DNA of 64,000 nucleotides from a virus: IMG/VR virus record IMGVR_UViG_3300045988_168162, positions 64,001 to 128,000 of that record; one strand, 5' to 3'. Shown piece by piece: positions 63,401 to 64,000 of this stretch (position 1 is its first letter; each line of letters starts with the position of its first letter). The notes under the pieces were generated by a model. It saw only the letters and a program-made list of their open reading frames with translations, ran no database searches and was not told where the DNA came from. The position numbers and the translations under genes were made by a program.

Positions 63401-64000
63401 CGCTGCCAGCACAGGAGCGCGTGAAATGCTTGTTATCCGCCATGTGAAGGGCGACAACAATTTGTACATATACACCTCTAATATTAGCGGTGTTGATATA
63501 GGTTACGAAAACCTGCAGAGAGACCGCACTACAAAGACGGATGCCACACTGGTATTTGGATGCAGTAAGGCTGATGACGGAGCGTTCGAGAACCATGCTG
63601 TAGGCAGTGTGTACTGGTCAAAGATCTGGTTTGCAGACCTTGGCGATGCTGCATGCCGTGAACTGGCCAGCTGGACGCATGAAACACGTACTTATGAGGT
63701 GGCTGGCTTTAAACGGTATTACCTGAGCGACAATACATCGAAGCGCTGCTCTATCACATTGCTTGATACTGTTTTGTTGGGCGGAAAAATGCAGATGGAC
63801 AAAGACTACAACAACAATGGAGGCTGGGCGAAACCCACCACATTGAACACCTATTTGAATAGCCGCTTATACAAGGCACTGCCGATTGGCTGGAGACAGC
63901 TGATCAAGAAGGTGCAGATCCCCGGCAGCATTGGTGGTGGAAAAACTGACATTGCAACATCGGACTGCTATTTTGCTGTGCCGAGTATTATTGAGGTTTA
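57405..64000 (+). CDS. giant multidomain tail fibre / receptor-binding protein (over 2190 aa, 3' end outside the window)
   Basis: AGGAGGTG SD 8 nt before TTG. Open in frame 3 to the window end (hand translated), so it is absent from the ORF track. BppU-like N-terminus, coiled coil, G6 linker, Ig-like repeats, CotH-like region (~60.3-61.7 kb), LRR (~62.0-62.45 kb), two FSGWD B-repeats (~62.56-63.0 kb), lectin-like region, DUF6273-like end. Confidence 0.75.
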   Translation, partial: MAISFEESRKKFESAIANEAAEPAMLASFEEVEAVAAEPVMQAVVGDDFTRSDKYKWYDQYEDSAYSTIDKLKNIKMDDNQINLTQEDNSQFIPFEMPRYYDGVDLMQMLIQVHYVNKENQDGIATPVNVTYSVDKIHFNWLVDKNVTNVEGEVDFEITATGSNEKNESYLWKSRPNGKLNILKSLAGNGVIKPSDDWYTGFVQLMDEKVSEATKQAQAAAQSATEAKTAVANVDSKISSAAAGIKHELQADLDANYAKKTELDTLKNKVDNLNGLADFDVTFNNDTKEMTFLNGSEEIKKVAIDTSPSAEWVTAYGKTVDSKVSAAVTPVQTELTEYKTANDKAVKDLQDSVGNLPETLKTSYYNKEATDKLLKEKADASVIDGIRNDVTQAKNNVADMQGTVDSLNTAVGEIQGKLDDIGKNAGHEYDITYEDSKLTLMEDGTPKTQVTIVGGGGGGPAAGSTITIERIGESAITAVAGDPVVVKFRFTSVDSAGDDTGNATGTWYVGNTKVATQTIMQGENSFDITKYLHSGENQIRLTVVDSMDTTGSKKWSANVVDFYLESTFDDSLFYSGEVTVRYTPYGSVEKKIDFALDGKSIGGTTTSVTGRQMTYSIPVQKHGSHLLEISMTAEINSKTVKSNVIKKDIMWVAEGETAPIISCAVRDYETKQYNKVSIEYTVYDPASSTSTVKLAVDGVTESTLTVGRTKQIWSFKSANKGKHTLTITCGETVKTISVNVVDLGVVIEPVTTNLAFDFNPSGKTNASADRLWTDGQTSLSVSDNFDWSNGGYQIDSDGDTYFCVKAGTKATIDYKLFADDAKKLGKNFKMIFKTTNVRDYNATALTCLNGGIGLNVQAQKVALTSEQNSIELPTCEDDFMEFELNILPDSQYREMVLWLDGIPCRVQLYESSDSFTQANPVGITIGSDDCDVLIYRMKSYMMNLTDDEILDNFIADAKNADEMIERYNRNNITDASGELNPDILAERCPDLRVIKISAPTFTTGKKNEVANTVIQQIYKNGRAVEDNWTANGSHKGQGTSSDHYGESARNIDINCKGGFTFGDESTGSVYALTENSVAENYFNIKVNVASSENANNALLADDFNEFNPYIRQARKDNPKVRDTMAFYPCVVFVQETDIENSTVFHDGKWHFYACGDIGNSKKNSNTMGMDPDNHKEVIIEIDNNTDEQTRFLSGDFSQETWDGDHSFEFRYINKACTEEEVQAAKDAWIRVQNWVVNASDEEFKAHFEDYFVMDSALYHYLFTERHTMVDNRAKNVFPHTSDLIHWDFCFDYDNDTAQGNDNEGGLTLSYGYEDTDTIGTKSVFNASDSKLWCKIRDLFPDKLAAMFRDRENALAWSASRILKKFEDYQNVKPERLWVMDMRRKYFRTYEENGTTSYLPMMHGNKRHQRRQFQKYQEKYMASKYSGSAATSDDMTIRGYTPVNWTGVKPDGTFHIVPYADTYVSVLYGSNPVKVRGKRGQTYEIKCPIAAMNDTEVYVYNASLIRSIGDISGFYPGYVDFSHGVKLTDLQIGSGVEGYSNTNLTDFAVGNNTLLEHLNLQNVPKLQKSISLAGCTNLTEFLADGSGITGVVFAMGGKIKKATLPGIASLTAKNLNYLTDLTISDYSKITTLVAENCPTIDLVEMLGKCTGLNRVRITGVDWHLENTSLLNKLLAMTGLDENGYNAEHSVLAGKINVPVLREKELEIFNEQWPDLKLTYNTLINTFAWTFVNKDGKVLDVQYVDKGGKAVDPVTRADNPIPTPTLESTISTDFTFSGWDTEFTPAFSNMTVTAVYTESVRKYTVRYMNRGIVMQSTVAPYGTTVLYTGETPTYTGEESAYKFYFFSGWDKGGYVTGDKDINAVYDSFEYTSGCFDGKEIGDMKPVEIYAMTKVGVESSVVTDKDQVQITFGSDFSYDDIKENVLVKSPIEFTGKNYLDTGVKLLDEDRDFVLAIDYMMAATTTANSVLAQCYQQNGMNGFRLWYNNGVKAAWGTSSSKESAASTGAREMLVIRHVKGDNNLYIYTSNISGVDIGYENLQRDRTTKTDATLVFGCSKADDGAFENHAVGSVYWSKIWFADLGDAACRELASWTHETRTYEVAGFKRYYLSDNTSKRCSITLLDTVLLGGKMQMDKDYNNNGGWAKPTTLNTYLNSRLYKALPIGWRQLIKKVQIPGSIGGGKTDIATSDCYFAVPSIIEV

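Noticed and set aside
1-64000. tRNA, rRNA, CRISPR arrays, and retron or DGR elements
   Set aside because: Reading by eye found no cloverleaf-like sequence, no regularly spaced direct repeats and no reverse transcriptase motif (YxDD). A tRNAscan/Infernal run would be needed to be certain about tRNAs.

Overview
The window is one contiguous stretch of a tailed dsDNA phage or prophage. It looks siphovirus-like and its signals are Firmicutes/Clostridia-type: AGGAGG Shine-Dalgarno (SD) sites, ATGA/TAATG gene overlaps, and an XkdX-family gene. Nearly all genes are on the + strand.

Layout:
- 1-4.5 kb: minus-strand small accessory genes and a repeat-rich GC-rich spacer.
- 5.0-5.9 kb: tyrosine integrase.
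- 6-21.6 kb: early and accessory genes. These include a 4-gene Cys-rich paralog array, a Thg1-like 3'-5' nucleotidyltransferase broken by one in-frame TAA, a radical SAM enzyme, a TnpB with its omega-RNA/right-end hairpin, a YonO/QDE-1-like single-subunit two-barrel RNA polymerase, and a metallophosphoesterase.
- 21.8-34 kb: terminase, portal, scaffold, capsid, connector and major tail genes.
- 34.6-37.2 kb: four paralogous small cassettes inside the tail module.
- 37.2-52 kb: chaperone, gp10-like protein and a tape measure that is split in two by a 3.76 kb accessory island.
- 52.0-52.9 kb: a type I toxin-antitoxin-like locus.
- 52.9-64 kb: baseplate genes and a tail fibre of more than 2190 aa that runs off the window.

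The most unusual signal is in the cassette module. Three of the four cassettes are preceded by a conserved leader made of an SD, a mini-ORF, a G9/G10/G11 tract and two covarying hairpins. In all three, a G11 tract would make the mini-ORF stop exactly on the cassette start codon. This looks like a slipped-strand, translational-coupling phase switch for alternative receptor-binding modules.

I saw no rRNA, tRNA or CRISPR array. All functional calls come from motif recognition by eye; no database search was run.
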